Of a stretch of 64,000 nt of DNA, positions 1-8,307 are shown piece by piece. The position numbers were made by a program, and so were the translations under genes. The notes below the pieces were generated by a model, which did no database searches, had not been told where the DNA came from, and saw only the letters and a list, made by a program, of their open reading frames with translations. Where the stretch lies: NCBI GenBank assembly GCA_965203175.1, contig OZ241867.1, forward strand, positions 352,001 through 416,000, in the 5' to 3' direction. Position 1 is the first letter of the stretch, and each line of letters starts with the position of its first letter. The stretch comes from Candidatus Latescibacterota bacterium (lineage in GTDB: Bacteria > Latescibacterota > UBA2968 > UBA8231).

Positions 1-897
1 TATAATTGAATAGCGCGGAAGCGCCGCTCGCTGCGCTTCGATTTCCTCCTGCACGCGGCGCGCTAGGGCCTCGCAATCCGTGATACACACGGCCGCCACC
101 CCCCAGCCGTGCTCGGCTTGCGAGAGCAAATCCGCAGCTACCAAGCGCGGATCGGCCGCCGCGTCGGCGAGCACCACAATTTCCGACGGGCCGGGCAACA
201 GCGCGATGCCCACCGCGCCGAAGACCTGCCGCTGCGCGGCCACCGTATAGGGAGAACCCGGGCCGACGATCTTGTGCACCGGCGGAATGCTCTCCGTGCC
301 ATACGCGAGCGCAGCCACGGCCTGTGCCCCTCCTACGGCGTACACCTCGTCAATGCCCAACAAACACGCGGCCGCCGCAATCGTCGGATGCACCTTGCCG
401 GTTTCCACCGGCGGCGAAACCACGCAGAGCTGGTCCACGCCAGCCACCTGCGCGGGCACGGCCGTCATCAGCAGGCTCGAAAACAGCGGCACCTCGCCAG
501 CCGGCACGCACAAGCCCACCCGCTCGATGGGCGTGATTTTCTTGCCCAGCATCACCCCGTCGCCGTCTTCGACAAACCACGAGTTGAGTTTTTGCCGCTC
601 GTGGAAGGCGCGGATATTAGCTACCGCCGCCTCCATGGAAGCGCGCAGGCTCGGGTCCAGCGCAGCTTCTGCCTCGGCGAGCACGGACGCTGGCACCCGC
701 AACTGCTCAGGGCACACCTCCACGCCATCGAACCGCTGCGTTAGCGCGCACAGCGCGGCATCGCCTTCTTTCCGCACCTGCCGCAGAATGTCTCGCACCG
801 CGTCCTCGACCTTGGGGTCGGATTCGGGGCGGCGTGCAAACAGGGCGGCGAGCGGCTCGGCCAGCGGCTCGGAGGGATAGGACGCAATGGGCACCAT
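1..897 (-). CDS. hisD: Histidinol dehydrogenase (3' part runs off the window)
   Basis: Hand translation, absent from the ORF track: MVPIASYPS...AVANIRAFHERQ...PIERVGLCVPAG...VGGAQAVAALAYGTESI...KIVGPGS...LPGPSEIVVLAD...AADLLSQAEH, typical HisD motifs. Confidence 0.93.
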   Translation of the reverse strand, partial: MVPIASYPSEPLAEPLAALFARRPESDPKVEDAVRDILRQVRKEGDAALCALTQRFDGVEVCPEQLRVPASVLAEAEAALDPSLRASMEAAVANIRAFHERQKLNSWFVEDGDGVMLGKKITPIERVGLCVPAGEVPLFSSLLMTAVPAQVAGVDQLCVVSPPVETGKVHPTIAAAACLLGIDEVYAVGGAQAVAALAYGTESIPPVHKIVGPGSPYTVAAQRQVFGAVGIALLPGPSEIVVLADAAADPRLVAADLLSQAEHGWGVAAVCITDCEALARRVQEEIEAQRAALPRYSII

Positions 898-902
898 CCG
901 TT

Positions 903-1170
903 CAGTGCTATCGGGGTGTGATGTGTTGAGTCATCGTGAGTTCGAGCCGTTTTAGTCCCTGTGAGGAAGGGTGTCTTATACCTAGGCTGACCACTCGACC
1001 TGCTATTCGTAACGCATCCGGCAGGTATTCGGGCGCAACAAGCAAGCAAGGAAAAACATGAAACCAAGTCAACATAAATCGCCTTTCTCTCAGGGAGCAC
1101 AAGGCCCCGTCGAGAAAGCCGCTCCTATCCCCCCGAACGGCTAAAGCCGTCAGTCCCACGGAGATTATTG
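903..1170 (-). mobile_element. Truncated non-autonomous IS200/IS605-type element: left end plus 5' half of a structured RNA
   Basis: 1068-1170 aligns to the tnpB element left end at 48316-48420 (hairpin GACTGACGGCTTTAGCCGTT on minus) and is preceded by CCAT on minus; interior is homologous to the cargo of 3966-4445 and 10746-11282. Confidence 0.75.
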
Positions 1171-1769
1171 ATGGGCTTGGCTTCGTCTCCTCCCTCGGCC
1201 CCCTCGTTGCCGCTCAGTCCGTTTCATCAGGTGAGGTCCCTGAAATTCGATCTAACTGCCTGTTTTTCCTCGAAATCATCAGTACATCAGCATCTGCTGA
1301 CGATTTTGTAGTACAGCCTGATGGGCAACGGTCGTCTTTCGATCTACCAGCCAGCTCGCGGGCGATCCGTGGGGTGCTCGCTCCATCCCTCGGCGCGGGC
1401 GGTTGTCGGTTCGGGTCCTCGTCGCTTTCAATGCCGTTGAGCCAGAACGCCAAGCCCAAAAGACGGCTTGGCGTTCTGGCTTACAAGCGCGTAGCTCGAT
1501 GCGCTCACCTTCGCCTTGGGTTCGTCTAGGAGTGCGCCAGCGCTTGCCCATGCAAGCCGAACTAACATGTAAAGAAGCAGGCTTAGTAAAAGTGCTCGGC
1601 TTGGGTCAACTGCTCGGGGCAGACCGCTTCGCGGGCCATTATACCATCTGGTCTGGGATCTGGAACTGGAAAGGGAATTATATCTCTGAGTGCCCAATCC
1701 GTAGGAAAAACGAAATCGTATCAAATGTCAACCACTGACGGCTGAAGCGCGTCAGCTTGTCCCTGGCCG

Positions 1770-2888
1770 TTACCCCGCCGCAGCGGAGTAGACCGAAACT
1801 ATAGGCTCGTTGACAAGAGCCCTTGCCCGGATGTTCCGGGCGGCGTTGCAATCGGCGTGAGCTTGATGTCCACATCGCTTGCAACAAAACCGGGATTGTG
1901 AGGAGCGATTACCGCGTTCGACATGTTCGCACTGAGAACACATCTGAGAAGTGTATTTGGGATCGACGATCTTGAGCAGTACGCCAGCTTGTTCAGCCTT
2001 GTAGCTGATAAACTGGCGAAGCTGATCGAAGCCCCAACTTCCCATGCGGTTACGTTGCGGCTTGCGAAACCGTATCCGGTCGCGGATGCCCTTGAGGTCT
2101 TCAAGAGCAATACCGAGACCGGTGTCTTTGGCCTTCGCAACGAGTCGCTTAGAGAGGGTGTGATTGGTGTTGCGACGAAAGCGTGCTTCTCTATCGGCAA
2201 TGCGTTTGAGCTTCTTGCGGATACGCTTGCGTCGTCGTGCATTGGCAGCCAAGTCGGCTGCCGATTGAAGAGCTTGCTTGAGCGTCTGGCATTTGACGCG
2301 AACTTCCTCCACGTCTTTACCGGTGTGAAGCTCGCCGTCCGAGTCAGTAGCCAGGTTCTCGACACCAAGATCAACGCCGAGAAAGTCGTCGGTATCACAC
2401 GGCGGCTCGGGTTCATGCTCGACACAGGCCATGATAAACCACTTGCCGTCCTTGCGGCGCACCAGTTCGGCAAACTGCTTGACTTGGTCAAACTGGTTGG
2501 CTTGGTAGTCGCCCATCACCATCGGGATGTCATGGCGAACACCATCCGCCGTCTTGATATTAACGGTCGTCAGGCTTTTGTAGCGGAACGAGCCTTTGCG
2601 GTAGGGAATAGCCGCCAGCGGACGAAACGAGACTTGCTTGGACTTGTCCCGCTTGTAGTTAGCCGCCACCTGAGAAAACGTCAGGATCGCAATATCAGCG
2701 GGCAGATCAAACGTCTCACGGACTTCGTAGTAGTACAGCTTGTGCAGCGCATAGCTGTTGGCCAACTGGCGCTCAAAGGCTTTTTCAGCCACCCAATTAC
2801 ACGCGGCATTAAAGCGGCGCATGGTCTCTTCGAGCGCGTTGGCTTGCTCAGCCATAGGAAGGAGCTTGATTTGTATAGTTCGTTTCAC
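1770..2888 (-). CDS. tnpB: RNA-guided endonuclease TnpB
   Basis: RuvC motifs LGVDLG, ALEDL, HADCNAA intact; Zn finger CSQC/CKRC; GTG start chosen by alignment with the 48452 paralog. Confidence 0.93.
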   Translation of the reverse strand: MKRTIQIKLLPMAEQANALEETMRRFNAACNWVAEKAFERQLANSYALHKLYYYEVRETFDLPADIAILTFSQVAANYKRDKSKQVSFRPLAAIPYRKGSFRYKSLTTVNIKTADGVRHDIPMVMGDYQANQFDQVKQFAELVRRKDGKWFIMACVEHEPEPPCDTDDFLGVDLGVENLATDSDGELHTGKDVEEVRVKCQTLKQALQSAADLAANARRRKRIRKKLKRIADREARFRRNTNHTLSKRLVAKAKDTGLGIALEDLKGIRDRIRFRKPQRNRMGSWGFDQLRQFISYKAEQAGVLLKIVDPKYTSQMCSQCEHVERGNRSSQSRFCCKRCGHQAHADCNAARNIRARALVNEPIVSVYSAAAG

Positions 2889-2895
2889 AAGAATG

Positions 2896-2924
2896 AATAT
2901 AGCCATAAGACGGCAGACTGTCAA
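2896..2924 (-). promoter_or_regulatory. Sigma70-like promoter for tnpB
   Basis: On minus: TTGACA-17 nt-TATATT, 7 nt before the GTG; TTGACA is conserved at the same place in the 48316 element. Confidence 0.6.
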
Positions 2925-3024
2925 GCTATGTCGGCCTTCCCTCAGGGACACTGCGTGCCCATCGTTCAGGCCGCTCTCTTTTCCCCTGCCAGCTAAAGCA
3001 GGCAGTCCCCAAGCGAGATTTTTT

Positions 3025-3824
3025 ATGGGCTACGCGACACAGAAGCCATTAGCATTATTGGAGCGAATCGTAAAAGCCAGTTCTGACGAGGGCGATGTTG
3101 TACTAGATCCTTTCTGCGGCTGCGCTACGACACTTGAGGCGGCTCATAAGCTCAATCGCCGGTGGATAGGTATCGACATCGCTATACACGCTATCAAGCG
3201 CGTGGCGGCCGTACGGCTCAAAGATCGTCTAGGACTTTCTGAAGGTGTAGATTTTGAGATTGGAGGCGTTCCCAAAGACGTTGAGGGAGCAACATTATTG
3301 TGGGAACGAGATAAGTACCACTTTCAAAAGTGGGCCGTAGAGCAGGCCGAAGGCTTTGTTACAAGTAAGCGTTCTGCTGACGGTGGGGTTGATGGTCGCC
3401 TTTACTTCGAGGGCAATGTACCAGAAGGCAAAGGTCGCCAGAAATTGGAGAGCATGATCTTGGAAGTGAAAGGCGGCCAGAATGTAACACAAGCCGATCT
3501 ACGCAGTCTGCGCGGCGCGTTGGCCGATGATTCCTCTGCGTGTATGGCCAGAATGTAACACAAGCCGATCTACGCAGTCTGCGCGGCGCGTTGGCCGATG
3601 ATTCCTCTGCGTGTATGGCTGGTCTGATTATTCGGGTTCCGTTAGGGCCACGTAAACAGACCAACTTTGAGCGCGAAATGACAAGGGCCGGTAAGGTCCC
3701 AATTAGGGGCCGCGAATATCCTGTATTGCAATTACGAACCGTTGAGCAAATTCTTGCTGGCGATCCTTTTGACACCCCTCCCCCGCTAGGTCGCCATCAA
3801 ACGCCCCAGCAGCTTGTCTTTTAG
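3025..3824 (+). pseudogene. C-terminal fragment of an N6/N4 DNA methyltransferase fused to an Mrr-like restriction endonuclease domain
   Basis: GYATQKP..LLERIV..VLDPFCGCATT..WIGIDI then DGGVDG..EVKGG; N-terminal half missing at the IS junction; frameshifted by a 71-bp tandem duplication. Confidence 0.85.
3475..3619 (+). repeat. Exact 71-bp tandem duplication
   Basis: GGCCAGAATGTAACACAAGCC...GCGTGTAT starts at 3475 and again at 3546. Confidence 0.95.
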
Positions 3825-3899
3825 CTGGATTTAGGATTGAATCAGGTGTATATTTCAGTGGTGCTACCCTCCAACAATAGCACTTTTTTACACAGACAG

Positions 3900-3937
3900 G
3901 AGGGCCGTGCAGTTACCCGCTCGCGGCCCTCTTTTTG
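3900..3937 (+). terminator. Possible intrinsic terminator
   Basis: GAGGGCCGTG...CGCGGCCCTC stem followed by TTTTT. Confidence 0.45.
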
Positions 3938-3965
3938 CATCAACTTCAAGCCCATAAATTATCAT

Positions 3966-4445
3966 AAAAATCTCCTTTGGAGCCCCCCGTCTTTAGGCGG
4001 GGGAGGAAAAAGGTGTAGTCTCTGCGACAGGCGGCGCAACGCACCAGGCGTTGTGGCGTCCCCGAGCAGAGGCTTATATTAGGTGTGCGCCCGAATGGCT
4101 CCCGGATGCGTACGAGCAGTCTGGCCACAGTATTGTGGCCACATAGGAGCCCGAGCCAACAGCTTAGGCGATAAGGCACCCTCCAAGAGGGGTAAAACTG
4201 TTTAGCCCTTCGGGGCATGCGCTCAGGATGGCTGTTGGCACTACACGTCGATAGCACTGTATGCGTGGATCGAGTGCGCACTGGTAGTTCAGCCAGCCCG
4301 ACAGTGCGTTCCGAATGCCTCGGGGTCTCGCCCCCCAAGTGGCTGCTTGGTGTCAGCAGGCATATAGTTCCGCTGAGTAGCTCAATGTCGCATCCTGCGA
4401 TGTTAAGCCGCGTCCGTGATTCTCCTATTCGCACGGTGCTCGTGT
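3966..4445 (+). mobile_element. Non-autonomous IS200/IS605-type element with non-coding cargo; right end lost
   Basis: TCAT|AAAAATCTCC left end with CCCCCGTC-TTTA-GGCGGGGG hairpin; near-identical inverted copy of 10805-11282. Confidence 0.85.
4084..4445 (+). ncRNA. Putative structured non-coding RNA carried by the IS605-ended element
   Basis: TATATT just upstream; nested stems GGCTCC/GGAGCC, GCCAACAGC/GCTGTTGGC, GCACTGT/ACAGTGC, a UUCG tetraloop; compensatory changes versus the 903-1040 homolog. Confidence 0.55.
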
Positions 4446-4650
4446 AATGTTTAGGTTGCCTTCCTGTTTCGTTGCATAAGATCTCATGTGGTGTTTGAAA
4501 TGCCAAGCCCTTTCGCGGCCGATGATTGAGCCGATCCATGATGTGTTGTCAGACAGTGTATCGAGGGCCGTGCCTTTGGGCACATACTGGCGAATCAGCC
4601 CGTTGGTGTTCTCGTTGAGTCCGCGCTGCCAGGCATGATAGGGATGGGCG
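4446..4650 (-). pseudogene. IS30-family transposase C-terminal remnant
   Basis: AHPYHAWQRGLNENTNGLIRQYVPKGT...RLNHRPRKGLAFQTPHE. Confidence 0.85.
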
Positions 4651-4844
4651 TTGAATTCAAGTTTTATTATGATTATGATTTTTTGCCTAATTACGGTATA
4701 ATTGGCCCCGCCAGGGCCTATCGCGCCTCAAATCCCGTTGTATCAACGATAACCAAGGGTATCCCGCATCCTGATGGAGGGCGACCTGCTCGACGGGGCG
4801 CACATCAAGACGGGTACGCTACCGGTCAGTCCCGAACCAAGAAG

Positions 4845-5048
4845 GTCTCCAGCTTGGTGGACCGGGCCAAGAACATCTTCCTAAGCAGCGGCGGAAGGCA
4901 CGACCTCGACCTTGACCTCGCGCTGGACCTGCCCCCAATCATGGCAGACCGATCACGCATCGTCCAGGTCCTGTCCAACCTCCTGTCCAACGCGGCACGG
5001 CACTCGCTGGAGTCGTCCGTCATCCGGGTGACCGCCCTGCGGGAGTAC
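4845..5048 (+). pseudogene. Sensor histidine kinase (HATPase N-box) fragment
   Basis: DLPPIMADRSRIVQVLSNLLSNAARHS; no remainder of the kinase. Confidence 0.65.
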
Positions 5049-5051
5049 CCT

Positions 5052-5140
5052 TGCTGGGTATAATAGCGCTGGGAGGGACATAGCACCCTCATAAAGGGTC
5101 ATGCCCAAAGCCGATCCGCCCAGCCGATCGGCGTCAGCAG
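5052..5140 (-). pseudogene. IS701-family transposase scrap
   Basis: LLTPIGWADRLWA*PFMRVLCPSQRYY aligns with LLVPVSWADRIWALPFLTVLCPSERYY of the transposase at 12394-13152. Confidence 0.7.
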
Positions 5141-5188
5141 ATACGAGACAGTTTTCTAACTCAACCGCTTCTACAAGGAGCTTTTCTT

Positions 5189-8170
5189 ATGAAGTCATTG
5201 ATGGTCAGTCTTCTCGGCTTGGTGTTGAGTGTCAGCGTTGGTGCCGAGCCCCTGCTTAAGGGTCGGGTCTGGCTGGCGTCGGGGCCGCCAGCGGCTGGGG
5301 TCCACGTGCGGCTGTTCGACCTAACCGACCTGCGCCGCTCCGTGGGCACGACCTCGGACGAGGCCGGGTATTTTGCCCTGCGGCTGGCAACCGTGGGTGG
5401 GCCGGCCCGTCCGCAGGATTTTGCGTTGGGGCAGAACTACCCCAATCCGTTCAATCCCTCGACGATCATTCCCTACCAACTACCTGATGCGACCCACGTG
5501 CGGTTGGAGGTGTTCAACCTGCTCGGGCAGCGGCTGGCGACGTTGGTGGATGGGGAACGGCCGGCCGGGGCGCATACGGCGCACTGGGACGCTACAGATG
5601 CGGCGGGTCGGGCGGTGGGCGCGGGCGTGTACATCTACCGGCTCAGCGGCGGCGGGCATACGGTGAGCCGGCGCATGGTGCTCATCGACGGACAGGCCGG
5701 CATTTCGGCGGGCGGGTCAGGACCGAGGCAGACGGCGGCTGTAGGCGTAAAAACGGAGGGCTCGGTCTATGGGTTGACCGTGGCCGGTGCCGGCTTGATC
5801 GCGTATGTGAACCCGGCGTTTCGGGTCGGGACAGACCAGGTCAATCTGGTGCTTGCACCGCCCGACGGCCAGGCGCGGATGAAGGTGGCCACGGGCGGGA
5901 TTTTGGGAGACGTGAACAACGATAGCCAAGTGGATGAATTTGATGTGCTGTATGTGGCGCTGTACAGCAAGGATCCCTCTATTACGCTGCCGAATAATGG
6001 CGACATTTCTCTCGGCGATGTCAACGGCGATGGCACGGTTGATCTGGCCGATGGCTTGCTCCTTGCTCTATACAAAGTCAATCCGTCTGATCCGACGTTG
6101 CCACCGGGGATCGGCCAACCCGTCGACGGCGGCGGGGATGATCACGGCGATAGCCCGTCGGCGGCGACGGATCTGGCGGTGGGCAGTTCGCAGTCGGGAC
6201 AGATCGAAACCGGCGGCGATGTCGATTACTTCCGCGTGGAGGTCAGTGAGTCAGGGGACTTGACCGTTCAAACGACCGGCCGCCTCGATACGAAGGGGCA
6301 GTTAGAGGATAGTGCGGGCGTAGTGCTGGCCAGCAACGACGATGGCGGCGACGGCTATAATTTCCGCATCGTCCACGCGGTCAGTGCCGGCACTCATTAC
6401 ATCAAGGTCGAAGGCTATAACGCCTCCGCCACCGGCAGCTATACCATTCTCGCCAGTGGCTCCGGCGGCAGCGACGGCGGGACTGTGAACATTGCAGATG
6501 CCAATCTTCGTGCGGTGATCGCAGACGCCTTGGGCAAGGCGCCGAATGCGCCGATTACCCCGGATGAAATGGCGACGTTGACGGGACTTAGCGCAGCCAA
6601 TGAAGGCATTCGCAACTTGGCCGGACTTGAGTTTGCAACCAATCTGACGGGGCTGGACCTTGGTGTAGAGCGGGTGGATGAGAGGTTGGTCAACAGCAAC
6701 GATATATCTAATCTCTCGCCGCTGGCGGGCTTGACCAACCTGACAAGATTGTACCTTGAATCCAACATCATCGCGGACGTATCGCCGCTGGCGGGCTTGA
6801 CCCGGCTGGAATTACTGAGTCTTGAAGCCAACAACATCACGGACGTATCGCCACTGGCGGGCTTGACCCGGCTGGAATTACTGAGTCTTAGCACCAACAA
6901 CATCACGGACGTATTGCCGCTGGCGGGCTTGACCAACCTGAGATGGTTGAGTCTTAGCACCAACAACATCGCGGACGTATTGCCGCTGGCGGGCTTGACC
7001 AACCTGACAAGATTGTACCTTTACGCCAACAGCATCGCGGACGTATCGCCGCTGGCGGGCTTGACCCGGCTGGAATTACTGAGTCTTTACGCCAACAGCA
7101 TCGCGGACGTATCGCCGCTGGCGGGCTTGACCCGGCTAGAAATAGTGAATCTTGAATCCAACATCATCGCGGACGTATCGCCGCTGGTGCGCTTGACCAA
7201 CCTGACCTGGTTGGATCTTCGAGGAAATCCTCTGAGCGTTGCCTCCATCAACGTTCATATTGCGGCCCTTGTACGTCGCGGGGTTGCGGTATTCTTTGAA
7301 TCGTTCCGCCAAGGAGACTTCGACATTGAACTCGTTTTTCTCGATCCCTTCACTGAATTTCAGAAGCGAGTGGTCGAATATGCGGCTAGGCGCTGGATGT
7401 CGATTATCCCAGAGGATCTACCGGACATTGAATTTCCTCGGAGCGTGTCAGGTCCGTGTTTCGATCGGTCGTTTACCATCTCCCGCGGAGAGCGGATAGA
7501 TGACCTGAGGATCTATGTGACCCACGTGCCCAATGGTGTCCCTGACTTTGTAGCTGGGATAGCTGGTCCAAGATTAATTCGTGTGGACTCCGGTCAGACT
7601 ATCGTCGGTTGCCTAGCACTCAGACCCGTCCCCCGTCTTTCTAGGTTCTTTAGAGAGCTAGCACTCCACGAGATGGGGCACGTCTTCGGAGTGGGGACGC
7701 TCTGGAATTATTTTGGCTTCCTTCAGGCTAGGTATGGCGACACGCACTTCAACGGGCCGCGGGCGACGGCCGCGTTTGACTACGCGGGCGGACGGAACTA
7801 CCCGGGGCCGAAAGTGCCGGTGCAGAGGGAAGTTGGAGCGCACTGGAGGGGTTCTGTGTTCCAGACCGAACTCATGATTCCGTACTTGAATGGGCGGGGG
7901 TGGCTGAGCGCGATCACGGTTCAATCCTTGGCCGATCTTGGCTATCGCGTCGATGTTACCCAGGCCGATCCCTATATCCTGCCCAATGCTGCACAGACCC
8001 GTGAGGAGATCGCGTCGATTGATGCTTGGGATGACCGCTTGAGCGAGGGGCTGAGCCTGTCCACCCATGTGGAGTCAAAGCTACAGTGCGGCGTCGGCAG
8101 CGGCCAAGCGCGGGAGTCGATCTATGTGGTCAATGAGCAGGGGGCTATCATCCGCACCCTAGGCGACTGA
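5189..8170 (+). CDS. Secreted modular protein: FlgD-Ig/T9SS-sorting-like domain, dockerin-like repeat, PPC domain, internalin-type LRRs, leishmanolysin (M8)-like zinc peptidase
   Basis: Signal peptide; QNYPNPFNPST; GDVNxDGxV twice; 22-aa LRRs; HEMGHVFG...AHW...ELM; RBS AAGGAG. Confidence 0.88.
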   Translation: MKSLMVSLLGLVLSVSVGAEPLLKGRVWLASGPPAAGVHVRLFDLTDLRRSVGTTSDEAGYFALRLATVGGPARPQDFALGQNYPNPFNPSTIIPYQLPDATHVRLEVFNLLGQRLATLVDGERPAGAHTAHWDATDAAGRAVGAGVYIYRLSGGGHTVSRRMVLIDGQAGISAGGSGPRQTAAVGVKTEGSVYGLTVAGAGLIAYVNPAFRVGTDQVNLVLAPPDGQARMKVATGGILGDVNNDSQVDEFDVLYVALYSKDPSITLPNNGDISLGDVNGDGTVDLADGLLLALYKVNPSDPTLPPGIGQPVDGGGDDHGDSPSAATDLAVGSSQSGQIETGGDVDYFRVEVSESGDLTVQTTGRLDTKGQLEDSAGVVLASNDDGGDGYNFRIVHAVSAGTHYIKVEGYNASATGSYTILASGSGGSDGGTVNIADANLRAVIADALGKAPNAPITPDEMATLTGLSAANEGIRNLAGLEFATNLTGLDLGVERVDERLVNSNDISNLSPLAGLTNLTRLYLESNIIADVSPLAGLTRLELLSLEANNITDVSPLAGLTRLELLSLSTNNITDVLPLAGLTNLRWLSLSTNNIADVLPLAGLTNLTRLYLYANSIADVSPLAGLTRLELLSLYANSIADVSPLAGLTRLEIVNLESNIIADVSPLVRLTNLTWLDLRGNPLSVASINVHIAALVRRGVAVFFESFRQGDFDIELVFLDPFTEFQKRVVEYAARRWMSIIPEDLPDIEFPRSVSGPCFDRSFTISRGERIDDLRIYVTHVPNGVPDFVAGIAGPRLIRVDSGQTIVGCLALRPVPRLSRFFRELALHEMGHVFGVGTLWNYFGFLQARYGDTHFNGPRATAAFDYAGGRNYPGPKVPVQREVGAHWRGSVFQTELMIPYLNGRGWLSAITVQSLADLGYRVDVTQADPYILPNAAQTREEIASIDAWDDRLSEGLSLSTHVESKLQCGVGSGQARESIYVVNEQGAIIRTLGD
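6715..7215 (+). repeat. 66-bp tandem repeats encoding LRRs
   Basis: About 7 units of AACA(A/T/G)CATC(G/A)CGGACGTAT(C/T)GCCGCTGGCGGGCTTGACC. Confidence 0.9.
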
Positions 8171-8307
8171 AATAGCCTAGCGGGGCGCGTTGTATGAAGA
8201 GGCTCTAACAAAAGGGGGGGCAAACAAACCTCCACAGAGAAAAGGGCTACCAAAATAAGATACGAGACGGTTCTCTAACTCAACCGCTTCTACAAGGAGC
8301 TTTTCTT

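Larger units (their letters stand above)
1727..3024 (-). mobile_element. IS200/IS605-family tnpB-only element (IS1341-like)
   Basis: Subterminal hairpins at both ends; left end CCAT|AAAAAATCTC, right end ...GTGGTTGAC| on minus; no tnpA. Confidence 0.88.

Noticed and set aside
109-880. Plus-strand ORFs of 211 and 202 aa
   Set aside because: Antisense shadows of hisD.
1214-1724. Minus-strand ORFs of 98 and 81 aa with one hydrophobic stretch
   Set aside because: No recognisable motif; possibly a decayed gene but not supportable.
4085-4096. GTGCGCCCG resembling a group II intron 5' end
   Set aside because: No domain V/VI follows, and the diverged homolog has TTGCGCCCG.
6715-7215. Regular 66-bp repeats as a CRISPR-like array
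   Set aside because: In-frame LRR coding repeats without unique spacers; no cas genes in the window.
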